Shown here: one piece after another, positions 1 to 22,135 of the stretch
Position numbering within the stretch: the first letter of the stretch is position 1
How the letters are laid out: every line of letters begins with the position of its first letter
Origin: the human T2T-CHM13v2.0 reference genome, Homo sapiens
Assembly (NCBI RefSeq): GCF_009914755.1
Contig: NC_060940.1
Strand: one strand, 5' to 3'
Length of the DNA: 64,000 nucleotides
The notes under the pieces: generated by a model
Told to the model about the DNA's origin: nothing
Seen by the model: the letters and a program-made list of their open reading frames with translations, nothing else
Databases searched by the model: none
Translations under genes and position numbers: made by a program

Positions 1-450
1 CCCAGCACAGCACAGCACAGCAGCTCCAGTGAGGGACCGGGAGCCAGGCCACCTCCCCGGGGGTCCTGGTGTCCCCATTTTTTAACTGGGTGACACTAGG
101 CAAGTTACTTCACCTCTTGGTGTCCCGACCTCCTCATCTGTAAAATGGAGCTCACAACAGTACTGACCTCAAGGGGGAGGACTCTGCCAGTTCCTAGAAT
201 GAGAGCACTTGGGATAGGCTCGCCACTATCACTTTGTCCTCACCCAAACCCATTTACTGATGACTGAGCTGAAGCTGAGAAGCAGAAAGGACCTGCCTAG
301 AGCGTCAGGGGTAAGAGGCGAAGCCGAATCTGCGAGCAGGCACAGATGTTCTTGTAGGCCCCCCGTGTGGCCGTGGCCCTCGCCTTGGGCAGAAGCAGGG
401 CTGTGCTGCATCCCAGGGTCCCGCCCAGTGCCCCGCACCCCGGCGGTCAC

Positions 451-503
451 CTGGTGTAGGAGTACTTGTTGTTACTGCGGTTGTGCAGGAGCTTCACCAC
501 GGG
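451..503 (-). CDS. KCTD13: KCTD13 coding exon 4 (53 nt; PVVKLLHNRSNNKYSYT + AG)
   Basis: Minus strand ccgccag|CCCGTGGTG ... TACACCAG|gtgacc; in frame with exon 3; matches the KCTD13/BACURD1 protein. Remaining exons are outside the window. Confidence 0.96.
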
Positions 504-595
504 CTGGCGGGGGAGAGAGGATGGACGAGAGGGGTGAGGCTGCAGGGAGAGGCCCCCCCAGTGAGCCTCCACCCTGCAGGGCTTGGGGGCCTCAC

Positions 596-685
596 CTTGG
601 AGGTGCTGGCCAGGAGCTGCTGCTCCTCCCGGGGAGATGTCACCATGGGGATGAGGCACAGCGGGGACAGCGTCTCCCTTTTTTG
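596..685 (-). CDS. KCTD13: KCTD13 coding exon 3 (90 nt; QKRETLSPLCLIPMVTSPREEQQLLASTSK)
   Basis: Acceptor cttccccag|CAA, donor AAG|gtgagg; phase 0-0; 92-nt intron (504-595) to exon 4. Confidence 0.96.
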
Positions 686-1097
686 CTGGGGAAGAAGCGG
701 AAGGTGGTTAACAGCACAACCAAAGGCCACGTACTCCCCCACTTAAAAGCCTTCAAAAGCTGGTTGGGAACAACTCCAGACTCCTCAGTGGTCCGCAGGG
801 CTCTGCAGGCTCCAAGCTCCGCCAACCTCTCTGCCACTCTCCCTTTGCTTGCTGGGCCTTGGTCCCACGGACACCTTGCTGCTTCACACATCCAGCTTGT
901 GCCTGCCCCGGCCACTGGCTGTGCCCCTGCCCGGGATGCTTCTTTGCTCAGCTGTCAGCGTGGCGTGTCCGTCATGCCATTCAGATCGCAGGTCACACAG
1001 TGCCTCCTCAGGGCCAGCCCTCCCCAGCCCCCCTGGCTAAAACAGCCTCCTCTACATCCTGCCTTTTGTGTTATCAGTTTTCTTTTTCTTTTTTTGA

Positions 1098-1418
<321 letters not shown>

Positions 1419-2099
1419 TAACTTTTTGTATTTGTTTATGATCTGTCTCTTCCCACCTAGGAATAACTACCTAGTATACAGCTGATGCTCTGTATTTGTT
1501 GAATGAATGAACATATTTGTTGAGTGAATGAACTTCATTGGGTGGGATGACGTTGGAGAAAGAAATCTGAAGCAAACCCATGGGCTTCTTTCTCTTCTGT
1601 CTTCTAGAATCTTCATGCCAAAATCCCTCTCACTTCTCCCAACCTTGAAAACTCAATGCGCAATTCTAATACAAATTCCAGATTTGTTTTTTGCAGAAAC
1701 TCATAAGACTCTCTAAAATTAACAGAGAATAATAAATGTCTACAATTACTGAGGCCATTTTTTTTTTTTTTTTTTTTTTGAGACAGGGTCTTGCTGTCAT
1801 CCAGGCTGAGTGCAGTGGCATGACCACAGCTTACAGCAGCCTTGACCTCCTGGGCTCAAGCCATCCTCCCAAACTTAGGTCAGTTTTTAAAAATAAGAGC
1901 AAAGAGGAAAGGCCGACCCTGCCAGATATTAAGATAGGCTGCAAAGCCACAACAGTGAGAACGGTATCAGTTCGGGCACAGAAACAAAAATACCTGAGAA
2001 ACACAACAGAGCGATCAGAAACAGACCACTGTGTATATGAGAATTGGTATTTTTAAAAAGACACCACAAATGTGCGAGGGGAATTACGGAGTATGAATT

Positions 2100-5850
<3,751 letters not shown>

Positions 5851-6000
5851 CTGGACTGTTTAATACCTGGCACTGGGAAAACTACCTCACCCTATGGAAG
5901 ACAAAAATGAGCTAAATCCCTTCACAATCATATTTACAAAAGTGAGTTCCATTTAGATTAAAATACCCATATATGAAAAAAATCCATATTTAAAACTATA

Positions 6001-6600
<600 letters not shown>

Positions 6601-7094
6601 CTACAAAGCTCACAGGTAACAGAAAATCAGAAAAACATTTTTAAACAAGACCATAAGGATACAGCATTAGGCAAAAAATGGTGAGGAATTGGACTACATC
6701 CAAATCAAGAATTTTTCAAGTTGACAATGGAAAGCATGACTTTACAAATAATCTCATGTAATAATGTTGAAGAGAAAAGACTTATAGGTATTCTGTGGCA
6801 CAAATGTAATTACTGGTTCAGGTAAGGATTATCAATTTGTGTGTCATTGATAGGTAACTGCCTTAATACAGTGGCCAAATACCATATGCATTATTTTATA
6901 GTTAGCAACAAGGAAATGTAACAATGATAGAGAAATCAAACCACCATCCCCTAGATCCAGGGGCCAATTATGAACGTCATTAATGACGAGTCATATTAAC
7001 AATATTATGGGTTGCTTGATGTGGCCCAACGTGAAATACATATATAATATTACCTAAAATGTATTCTAAACAAAATGTTTAATATCAGTCATTT

Positions 7095-7742
<648 letters not shown>

Positions 7743-7910
7743 TAAAATCTACAGTCTGGTTTACAGGAAATTAAGGATAAGGCTGGGTAATAAACCAAAC
7801 GATACCGGGAGTAAACAACCAGGCAAAGTTGGAAAGCGGGTCATTGTGCAGGACAACTGGCAGTCTCTTTAACAAGCCAGCATCGTGAGGAAAAAGGGAC
7901 CCCTTGGATT

Positions 7911-8010
7911 GTAATAAAGTAATGCTTATGGTATTATTTGGCTTATGTAATAAAGTAATGCTTATGGTATTATTTGGCTTATGTAATAAAGTAATGCTTA
8001 TGGTATTATT
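7911..8010. repeat. 36-bp tandem repeat, 2.8 copies (GTAATAAAGTAATGCTTATGGTATTATTTGGCTTAT)
   Basis: Identical copies 7911-7946 and 7947-7982, partial copy 7983-8010. Confidence 0.95.
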
Positions 8011-8793
8011 ATGGTAACTGTATTAAGGCAGTTACCTATCAATGATAATCCTTACCTGAACCAGTAATTACATTCGTGCCATAGAATACCTATAACTCTT
8101 ATCATCTCTTCAACATTATTACATGAAACTATTTGTAAAGTCATGCTTTCCATTGTTAACTTGCAGATAACCAGATGCAACGTGAAGATCTAGACTGGAC
8201 CCTGGTTTGATGAACCAGCTGTAAAAACACATTTCTGGAACAACTGGAGAAACCGGAGTATGCCCTGGACTGGATATTAAATAAAAATTTATTGACATGT
8301 AAAGATGGCAATTATTAACAACAACAAAAAACAGATTATAAAACATTTCATACAACACGATTGTATTTTGGCAAGCAAACACACACACACACACATACTC
8401 TCACACAGGAAACGACCTGGAAGAATATTTGGTGCTTTTATTTTTTAGATTATTTGTGTTTCTGAAATTTCTACAATTAATAAATACTGCTTTAAAATAA
8501 TCAATGGTTATTTGTAATTTTAAAAAATCAAGGATTTCCATTCAATGCTAGATGCCACAAGTGGGTGACATTCTAAGAAAAAATATTGGCGATATCTACA
8601 TTGACTAGAAATTTTTATCTAGAACAGACTTTTTCAACTGAAGTTCCTCATCTGAATCTCAAAAACCAGCAAATATGGCCAGGCACGGTGGCTCACGCCT
8701 GAATCCCAGCACTTTGGGAGGCCAAGGCAGGTGGATCACTTGAGGTCAGGAGTTCGAGACCAGCCTGGCCAACATGGCGAAACTCCATCTCTA

Positions 8794-9950
<1,157 letters not shown>

Positions 9951-10386
9951 ACAAAAGGTTTGCATAGACCAATATTGATGAAGTGCCACACACTGAGGAG
10001 TGTGCCGAGCTGCGTGAGGTGCAGAGGGAACCTGGAAAGGAGAGAGCAGGAGTATAGAAAAGTACAGCTCTTGGGAGGCTGAAGGTCAGATAGTCAGGTA
10101 GCCTGGGGTCAAATCTGAGCTCTGCTGCTTCCCAGCTCTTTCACCTTGGACACGTCTTCCAAGCTCCCTCGCGTTTCTTTTTACGTCAAACAAGGATACA
10201 AGATGTATACACAAGCAGATAGCAGAATTGCTCCTGACACACAGTGGGTACATGATGACATTAGTAAATTTAAAACTACAGGCCGGGTTTTAAAACTTTA
10301 GTTTTAACATTAGTAAATTTAAAACTACAGGCCGGTGGCTCACGCCTGTAATCCCAGCACTTTGGGGGGCCAAGGCGGATGGATCA

Positions 10387-10602
<216 letters not shown>

Positions 10603-11825
10603 TCAAAACAAAACAAAAATGCTACAGAGCAGGAATGCACTTCCAAGATCTAGTACAATGAATGTTTCTCAAATGCAAGTGGTAATTTATTAATGGGTCA
10701 TGAAATAAGTAATGGGTCCCAAACAGCATTAAAAAGAAAGATTATCAGAGTACATTTCACTAAAAGTATCTTTTTATAGAACTGTTATTTCAGTTATATA
10801 TAATGAGTACTAAAATGCATTTTTTCCCTATGGCAGGCAATCAAAAAGTTTGAAAAACATGGATATTGTCCAAAGGAGTTCTACACCTTTGGGCTTCAAG
10901 AACCAGTAAGTATTCCCTGAGACAAAAGTTGTTCAGGGAGGCAACCTTTTAATCTATAAAGGGCATTCAAAAAGAAACTTTTATAATCTTCTCTTACTAT
11001 TGTAACATAAAAGAAAGGACATTTTTAACATTGTAAAAATAGAACAGAATAACAGGCTTTATGTAAAACTCACTACTTTGTACTTATTTTTCTCCCTTCC
11101 CTGTCTTTCGGAACCCGAGGACAGAATCCCAGAGGTAGGAATGGACTCACTGAAGGTCACTGAGTCAGCTGTGACAGAGGTGACACAGAACCCTTATGTC
11201 CTGGCTTCACTTTCCAAGCTCTGCTCCTCAGAACCCTAAGGGGTCCACAAAAGTGGAGCCTAGCAGGTGGGGTCTCTAGAATCCCCAACCCTGTTTTACT
11301 GGGAGTGGCCCTGCTTCTGTGAGATTTCATTTGAATAAAGAATTTCACTGTTTAAAAAAAAAAAGGAATTAGAAAGCTCCTGGGGGGCGGAAGCCATGGG
11401 AGAATGCTGCCTCCCAGGATAGGGCCACATCGCAGAGGTTATTATATTTCAATTTAAATTTAGATGTTTTTCCCTAGTGACATGAGGGAGCTATTTAGGA
11501 TTTCTAAGCAAGAGAGAGAATAGATCGGGGTTGTGCTGAAAGATAATTACTCAGGTGCGAGTGTAACAGCTGGACTGGCTGCATAGGAACAGTGGGAAGT
11601 AGAGAGCAGCTATTTAACCATTGCAAAGGTCCTGGCATGAGGCTGGGGTGGGGGTGCTGCCTGAGGCGGCAGGGATGCAGAAGATGGCACCTCAAATTCT
11701 CTGGGGTTATGGCCAGCCAAAGCCAGGCTCTCCAAGCCATACCCCATATCTCCTTTTTTCTGCTCTAATACCTGCTTGGGCAGCTCTCCCAGGAACATAG
11801 GCATGGGGACTCCGAAGGCCCTCAC

Positions 11826-11995
11826 CTGCAGCGCCAGCTGGCAGTCCTCAATCAGGCCCTGCACCAGGTAGTAGCGTGCTTCGCCCAGCAGCTCCCCCAG
11901 TTCTCTCGTACTCTCCGGCAGTGGCACAGACCCATCCCGCAGGTAATTGAGGATTGTACCAAAGTGACGGCCGCTCCGGTCAATCAGCACCCAAC
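11826..11995 (-). CDS. KCTD13: KCTD13 coding exon 2 (170 nt; BTB/POZ domain, [21 protein letters not shown]...DCQLALQ)
   Basis: Acceptor actag|GT, donor CAG|gtgagg; KCTD-type BTB motif [18 protein letters not shown]; exons 1+2 sum to 414 nt (138 codons). Confidence 0.97.
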
Positions 11996-12068
11996 CTAGT
12001 GGGGTGGGGAGAGGCAGGGGGAAAGATGGCTTTGCTGCGGGACCTGGAGCTACTAAATTAAAAAAAAA

Positions 12069-13652
<1,584 letters not shown>

Positions 13653-14426
13653 GAATTCTTCACCTTTGATACTTGAAGGCAGATCTCCGCCTCTCAAATT
13701 TTTATTCTCCTGCTCTCACAGTCCTCGTTAACCCCTCCCTTAAGACTCTCCCACTCCCAAACTCCAAAACTTCAAAGTCTCACTTGGGCACGAAGGGTCC
13801 ATACTTGAATGCAACACTCCAAGAAGGTAAGGTTCACCTGCCAAGGAGACCTGTCCACCCTCCACTCTGGTGTCCCTGGCAAACCCAAAGCAGCCTCCTT
13901 CTGCAATGTGTGTATACAGGTGGATTCCTAGAGTGTACAGGGACCTGTGTCAGGGGAACACAGAGGCAGACAAGATCTCCCAGCTCTCCTGGCTGGCTGT
14001 GAGCAGTTCTGAAGCAGAGAGGGAAACAAAAGGCTGGGCAGTCGGAAGAAACTGAGGAAGGCTGCCAGGAGTAGTACTGCAGGCAGCAGGGCTAGTTCCC
14101 AAGTCTTGAGCTGAGGGGTGAAGGGTGGGAGAGGTGGTCATGAGGATTATGAACTGACACGTTCAATCACTTACCACAGCGCCTGGCAGTTAGGGGTTCC
14201 GTAAGTGTTGGTTATTGCTGGGGGTAAAGGATTGGGGGAGGAGAAGAGAAATTATGAATGAGAAAGGGGAGGAGATGGGATGTGGGGGCTGGAGGGAGCT
14301 GAGAATGAGTTGACTGGACAGTAGCGGGCAGAGAGAAGGGGCATGAGGAGCCCCGGTGGTGAGAGACTGCGGGGAACGGGAGTTGGGGGTCTGGGGATGG
14401 GGGCACGGTAGGGGCGCCGCTCGTAC

Positions 14427-14670
14427 CTCCGGCATCGGTCAGCACCTCCACGCGGCCGCTGAACATGGCTTTGAGCATGGTGTCCTGTCCCGTGAGGGTG
14501 CGCAGCGTGGTGTAGTGCAACGAGCCGCCCACGTTCAGCTTCACGTATTTGCTGTTCGGGGTCAGCGGCTTGAGACCGTAGGCGGCGGGGCCAGGCTCGA
14601 GACCCGAGGGCTTGGGGGCTTCCAGGGACGGGGCCGCGGCGGCAGCCGGGCCCGAGGCCTCCGCCGACAT
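14427..14670 (-). CDS. KCTD13: KCTD13 coding exon 1 (244 nt; [19 protein letters not shown]...[19 protein letters not shown]...TDAG); CUL3 adaptor BACURD1/POLDIP1
   Basis: ATG at 14670-14668; BTB start motif VKLNVGG; donor G|gtacga at 14426. Confidence 0.97.
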
Positions 14671-15240
14671 GCCGGGTAGCAGCGGCGGACGGCGATCCCA
14701 GGATCTCTCCGCGCCCTGCGGCCTGCTCCCGAAGACCCTCGGCCGGCCCCCAGCCCTTGGGCCAGACCGCTCGGCGCACACGCCCACTCACCGCAGCTAC
14801 TCTGCAAGACCGGCCCTCCGCCCCATCTCGCTCGCACCACCCGGAAGCCGGCGCCGGGCAGCTGCGCAGGCGCGGCCCCGCCCCTGAATGGGGGCGGGGC
14901 TGCGAGTATGGAGCATGCGCAGTGGCCTCGCTGGGGGATCCCGTAGAGGTTTGGCGTGTGGCCTGCGAGTTCCCCGGGCGGGTCGACGTGCGCTCCTCTC
15001 TGGTCTCGAGTCACCAGGACCAGATCGAGGATGCGGCCGACCCCCTGCCCGATGTGGAAAGCGAAGTCTCCACCTCGTGATTGGGTCTCTGCTGTCAGAG
15101 AGCTTCACGAGCTTGAGGGGAAACAGACAGAGAGGTCTGGGCATTGGGCAGTTTCCCGCCTCCCAGCCCCGCGCACTGAACAGACTGTGACCAGAACTGC
15201 GAACAAAGCGCGGAGGGAAGCTCTTAAAGGAGGCCAAAGC

Positions 15241-15412
15241 GGCCGGGCGCTGTGGCTCACACCTGTAACCCCAGCCTGTAAGCCTAGCTACTCGGGAGGC
15301 CGAGGCAGAAGGAGCGCTTGAAGCCAGGAGTTGGAAGCTGCAGTAATCCGTGATCGGACCGTTGCACTCTAGCCTGGGCAACATAACGTCCTTTGAAAAA
15401 AAAAAAAAAAAC
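15241..15412 (+). mobile_element. Free Alu monomer (FAM/FRAM-like)
   Basis: GGCCGGGCGC start, single arm, A-tail, TSD-like GAGGCCAAAGC / GAGGCCAAAAC on either side. Confidence 0.75.
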
Positions 15413-16169
15413 AGAGGCCAAAACGGGTAGCAGTGGTGCCCGGGCACCAAGGATGGAAGGCCTCTCTGAGGAGGTGATGCCGAGCTGAAGCTGGGAAGCG
15501 GATGTGAGGGAAGAGTTCCAGGCAGAGGGAAGGCAAATGCAGAGATCCTCAGGCAGGAACACTGAACTGTTCTCCGTATTTGAGGAGCAGAGGGCGTGTC
15601 AGTGGTGGCCGCAGCAGCTGAGCAAAGGTCTTAGAATCCCAGCTAATGTCGTGGGACCTAGCACCCAATCCCAAAAGAAAGAAGAATAGATAGGAACCCA
15701 CTGTTGACAAGAAGGTGCACTGAGAAGTGTTTTTATCTGACCCGATCTGCATCCAGTTTAGAAGCCGATACATCAGGGATTTAACAATCTGTCTTAATGT
15801 CTAGCAAGGGGGGTTGCTGGAGGGAAAACACAGAGTCAGAGTTCTATCTTCAGCCCTGCCAGCAGGTCCCTGGGAGATGCTAGACGAGTGACTTTTCTCT
15901 GGGCGTGGTTGGTGTAAGGGATGCACACGCAGGAGGAAGGTCGGAGTGTAAATGTGTGACCTGGGCCTGTTACTGGGTATAAATGGGCCTGTAGTGACCG
16001 GGAGCTCATGTTCTACCAAAGGGGTTGCCAATTTTCTGATTTCGAGTGTGGCGGTGTAAAAGAGAAAAGCAACTGCTGCCAGCTGGGAGCTGGTTTGCAC
16101 CCTCACTCCAGAAGCCTTGATGTTGCTAGGAGCTGGCCTGGCACCAACAGCACGGCCATGGTGGTGTCC

Positions 16170-16941
16170 TGTTGAGCAAAATAATTTCACAAAAAACATC
16201 AGACAAGGTCACTCTCTGACTGATCTAGAAAAAGACCATTCCATAATAAAGCCTCAATACAGAAACAAGAACATTGTCCAAACCACAAAAATTACCAACA
16301 CAATCCTCTCTCCCACAGCGTAAGTTACTGCTGCTTTTTTTTTGGTTGTTGTTTTTGTTTGTTTTGTTTTGTTTTTGAAATGAAGTCTTGCTCTGTTACC
16401 CAGGCTGGAGTGCAGTGATGCAATCTTGGCTTACCACAACCTCCACCTCCAGGTTCAAGCGATTCTCCTGCCTCAGCTTCCAGAGTATCTGGGATTACAG
16501 GCACCCACCATCATGCCCAGATCATTTCTGTATTTTTAGTAGAGACGGGGATTCACCAAGTTGCCCAGGTGAGTCTTGAACTCTTGACCTCCGGTGATAT
16601 GCCCACCTCGGCCTCCCAAAGTGCTGGGACTACAGGTGTGAGCCACTGCACCTGGCCACTGCTGCTTCTTTACCAAGTACAGTTTTAGCTTGATTCATTC
16701 CTCCCATCTTCTAGATAAGAATTATTAAGATAACCAAAAAGAATTATCCCTACTTCCTGATAGCATCCAACCCAGAGCAAATGCCCCCCTTTTTGGACCC
16801 GCCTAGGAAGTCCCCTAATGAAAGTTCCAATCCTGTAATAAGTCCTTTCACACATGTTCTTGCTGAGATGTCTGTGGTGTTCAGCCTCCCTTGTTCAACT
16901 ACAGGTGCTTCCTGGTGGTCCTTGGTTGGAGGGTACTATCA
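16170..16941 (+). mobile_element. ERV1 LTR (MER34/MER39-like) with an inserted Alu (~16335-16656); ERV internal-like sequence follows to ~22100
   Basis: TG...CA termini; collinear motifs shared with 27213-28430, including the identical 20-mer AACAAGAACATTGTCCAAAC. Confidence 0.6.
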
Positions 16942-17145
16942 GAAATGGAGGAGCAACAAAGATTCAGCTGAAGCCCTCACTGCCTGGGACTGGGACCCTT
17001 GACTCGTCATTGTATGCACACCTGAAACTGCTTATGTCGCTGAGGTGCCAACCTGCTGATGGTTGGAAGCTAATTGAGTTCTGATATTGTGTTGATACCC
17101 TTAAGCATTGGGTTTACTTTTTATTTTAATTAATTAATTAATTAA

Positions 17146-17464
<319 letters not shown>

Positions 17465-18339
17465 TAGGGTCTCACTCTGTTGACCAGGCTGGAGTGCAGT
17501 GGTACGACTCAGCTCACTGCAACCTCTGCTTCCCAGCTCAAGTGATTCTCCAGTTTCAGCCTCCTGAGTAGCTGGCACTAAAATTAACCAATGCCGGTTA
17601 ATTTTTTTTTTTTTTTTTGGCGGGGGACAGAGTCTCGCTCTGTCTCCCAGAGTGGAGTGCAGTGGCGCTATCTCTGCTCCCTGCAAGCTCTGCCTCCCGG
17701 GTTCAAGCAATTCTCCTGCCTCAGCCTTCTGAGTAGCTAGGGTTACAGGCATGCGCCACCACACCTGGCTAAGTTTTGTATTTTTAGCAAAGATGGGGTT
17801 TCTCCATGTTGGTCAGGCTGGTCTCAAACTCCTGACCCCATGATCTGCTCACCTTGGCCTCCCAAAGTTCTGGGATTACAGGCATGAGCCACCACACCCA
17901 GGAATGCCGGTTAAGTTTTATATATATATTTTTTTGTAGAGATAGGGTTTCACTCTGTTACCCAGGCTGGTCTCAAACTCCTGAGCTCAAAGCAATCCTC
18001 CCACCTTGGCTTCCCAAAGTGCTGGGATTATAGATGTGAGCCACCATGCCCTGCCAAGCATTGGGTTTATTTGGTTTTTCAGTTTTTTTACTCCTGGAAT
18101 AAGGCCCCCACACTGGATTTTTGGTTATCTGATCAAATATTTATTTTGTCCTTGGTGCAATTGTTTTCTGTCCTTCTACACTCATTCCTATGGTGTTTTC
18201 TTGTCTAGTATTTTGAATATTGTTTGTCTATAAGAGGCAAAGTCGATATAAAAAGGATGGATGTAGGCTGGGCGCGGTGGCTCAGGCCTGTAATCCCAGC
18301 AACTTTGGGAGGCTGAGGTGGGTGGATCACCTGAGATCA

Positions 18340-18775
<436 letters not shown>

Positions 18776-19003
18776 CCAGTAAGTGTGTCCTACAACCAGC
18801 TCCAGAGACTGTACAATTCGGAAGGTATTCTCAGACTAATGTCCTTTGGGTAAACTTTGCCCAGGTCACCATTTCTTTTTTGTTTTTGTTTTTTGAGACA
18901 GAGTTTTACTCTTGTTGCCTGCTGAAGTGCAATAGGACAATCTCAGCTCAGCTGCAACCTCCACTTCCCGGGTTCAAGTGATTCTCATGCCTCAGCCTCC
19001 TGA

Positions 19004-19198
<195 letters not shown>

Positions 19199-20203
19199 TG
19201 AAAAGGATTTCTTTGGTTTTGTCTATGTCCTTGCAAACTGCTTTGTTTCATTTCTTCTGCTCAGTATCAGGGGGCTTTCTCTGGCCTCTGATCAGCGATG
19301 GTGTTTGGCCACATTCTAGAGATACGAAGTTGTATAAGCACCATTCTTTTAGACCCCAGTCACAACTAAAATTGGGCCAAAGACCTGCTCCCTTCATGTT
19401 TTCTCACGATTGCAATAACATGTACCCATATATCTGTAACTGACACAATTTCACCAGGGACAGTTTGTAATTGCCGTAGCCATTTGGTGGAACTTTTGAT
19501 AATAACAAGATTGTTCATTTGGGAGGTGCCTCAGAACACAAAGGGAAGAAACCTTTGTGAGATTGTTTGCCTTGTTTGTTAAAAACAAAGATTATTTTGT
19601 TTAACATAGGCAATATTTCATTTACCTATTTTGCATATTAATAAATGCTGTCGGCCAGGCACAGTGGCTGACACCTGTAATCCCAGCACTTTGGGAGGCT
19701 GAGGCGGGCGAATCACTTGAGGTCAGGAGTTTGAGACCAGCCTGGCCAACATGGTGAAACCCCGTCTCTACTAAATATACAAAAATCAGCCAGGCTTGGT
19801 GGTGCGCACCTGTAATCCCAGCTACTTTGGAGGCTGAAGCAGGAGAATTGTTTGAGTCCATGAAGTGGAGGCTACAGTGAACTGAGATCATGCCATTGTA
19901 CTCCAGCCTGGGCAACAAGAGCAAAACTCCATCTAAAAAAAAAAGAAGGCCCTCACCAGATGTGGCTGCTTGACTTTGGAATTCCCACCCTCCAGAACTG
20001 TAAGAAATAAATTTTTAAAAATAAAGTACCCAGCCCCTCAGGTATTCTATTGCAACACAGAATGGACTAAGACAGTGTTTATATGTCAAAATCTATTTTC
20101 CTGTGTTTAAACTGTCTTCCTTCTCCTTGCAGAGGGAATATAACCTTAGCCTTTTGGAGTGATAATTTCATGTTTGTCTGAAGTAGCTTCTTCTCACATT
20201 TTC

Positions 20204-20982
20204 TTTTTTTTTTTTTTTATGTTCAAAATGCTTTTATTTCTAGGAATTTAGTTTTATTTTTAATTTTTTAATTATTATACTTTAAGTTTTAGGGTACATT
20301 TGCACAACGTGCAGGTTTGTTACATATGTATACATGTGCCATGTTGGTGTGCTGCACCCATTAACTCGTCATTTAGCATTAGGTATATCTCCTAATGCTA
20401 TCCCTCCCCCCTCCCCCCACCCCACAACAGTCCCCGGTGTGTAATGTTCCTCTTTCTGTGTCCATGTGTTCTCATTGTTCAATTCCCACCTATGAGTGAG
20501 AACATGTGGTGTTTGGTTTTTTGTCCTTGCCATAGTTTGCTGAGAATGATGGTTTCCAGCTTCATCCATGTCTCTACGAAGGACATGAATTCATCAATTT
20601 TTATGGCTGCATAGTATTCCATGGTGTATATGTGCCACATTTTCTTAATCCAGTCTATCATTGTTGGACATTTGGCTTGGTCCCAAGTCTTTGCTATTGT
20701 GAATGGTGCCACAATAAACATATGTGTGCATGTGTCTTTATAGCAGCATGATTTATAATCCTTTGGGTATATAACCAGTAATGGAATGGCCGGGTCAAAT
20801 GGTATTTCTAATTCTAGATCACTGAGGAATCGCCACACCAGCTTCCACAATGGTTGAAGTAGTTTACAGTCCCACCAACAGTGTAAAAGTGTTCCTATTT
20901 CTCCACATCCTCTCCAGCACCTGTTGTTTCCTGACTTTTTAATGATCGCCATTCTAACTGGTGTGAGATGGTATCTCATTGT
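20204..20982 (-). mobile_element. 5'-truncated primate L1 (L1PA) 3' end: ORF2 C-terminus, 3'UTR and short 3' transduction
   Basis: ORF 20479-21027 contains the L1 ORF2 C-terminus ([21 protein letters not shown]...HMFSLIGGN); TSD CTTCTCACA(T/C)TTTC 20190-20203/20983-20996. Confidence 0.93.
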
Positions 20983-21688
20983 CTTCTCACACTTTCCTGC
21001 TGTCCATTTCATTCTCTTTTTCCTCACCTCTCTTGGAAAGCTTTAAAGATTAACTAATCAAAAAATTTTTCAGTTGTATGTGCACAGTCTAGGTAAATCC
21101 AGTCCTAAAAGAAATAGAAATGCCTAAAATGCTAAAAGAAACAGAAAATCATATATATATACGTATATACATGTATATCAAGATCAGCTTGGGTAACATG
21201 TGAGACCCTGTCTATACAAAAAAAAATACATGTATATACGTATATATATATAGTGTCTGTACATATAGGCACTAAAAAGTATATTTATGTAATAGCCTTT
21301 GCTCTTCCAGTTAGAAGAAAAGATCTATCACGCCTGTAGTCCCAGCACTTTGGGAGGCCGAGGAGGGCGGATCACGAGGTCAGGAGATCGAGACCATCCT
21401 GGCTAACACGGGGAAACCCCGTCTCTACTAAAAAAAATACAAAAAAATTAGCCAGGCATGGTGGCGGGTGCCTGTAATCCCGGCTACTCAGGAGGCTGAG
21501 GCAGGAGAATCGCTTGAACCCAGGAGGTGGAGGTTGCTGTGAGCCGAGATTTTGCCACTGCACTGCAGCCTGGGCAACAAGAGCAAAAACTCCATTTCAA
21601 AAAAAAAAAAAAAGGTCTTAGTTCCAAGACAAAAGAAGAGCTTTTGGCATGATTCAGTTAAATTTTTTATTCACTCATGTAAAAATGA

Positions 21689-21949
<261 letters not shown>

Positions 21950-22135
21950 TGATCTTGAGCTCCTGGGCTCAAGCAGTTCTCCCACCTTGGCCTCCCAAAG
22001 TGTTGTGATTACAGACATGAACCACTCACTGCTCCTGGCCCTCATGATTTAAGCCTTCTCAATGTATTTATGTTGATCTTATGAGTTAAGTAAATTGTGA
22101 TGGTTTTCATAAATTGTTTAAATGAAAATTATACA

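Larger units (their letters stand above)
14350..15430. promoter_or_regulatory. KCTD13 CpG-island promoter (ETS, NRF1, GC boxes)
   Basis: CpG-dense; CCGGAAG 14841-14847, TGCGCAGGCGC 14863-14873, CCCCGCCCC 14876-14884, GGGGCGGGGC 14891-14900, GCATGCGCA 14913-14921, all just upstream of the KCTD13 ATG. Confidence 0.85.

Noticed and set aside
14671-14787. In-frame upstream extension of KCTD13 from a GTG
   Set aside because: Open frames are expected in GC-rich 5'UTRs; no ATG and no evidence of use.
20479-21027. 182-aa ORF
   Set aside because: L1 ORF2 C-terminal remnant of a truncated element, not a host gene.
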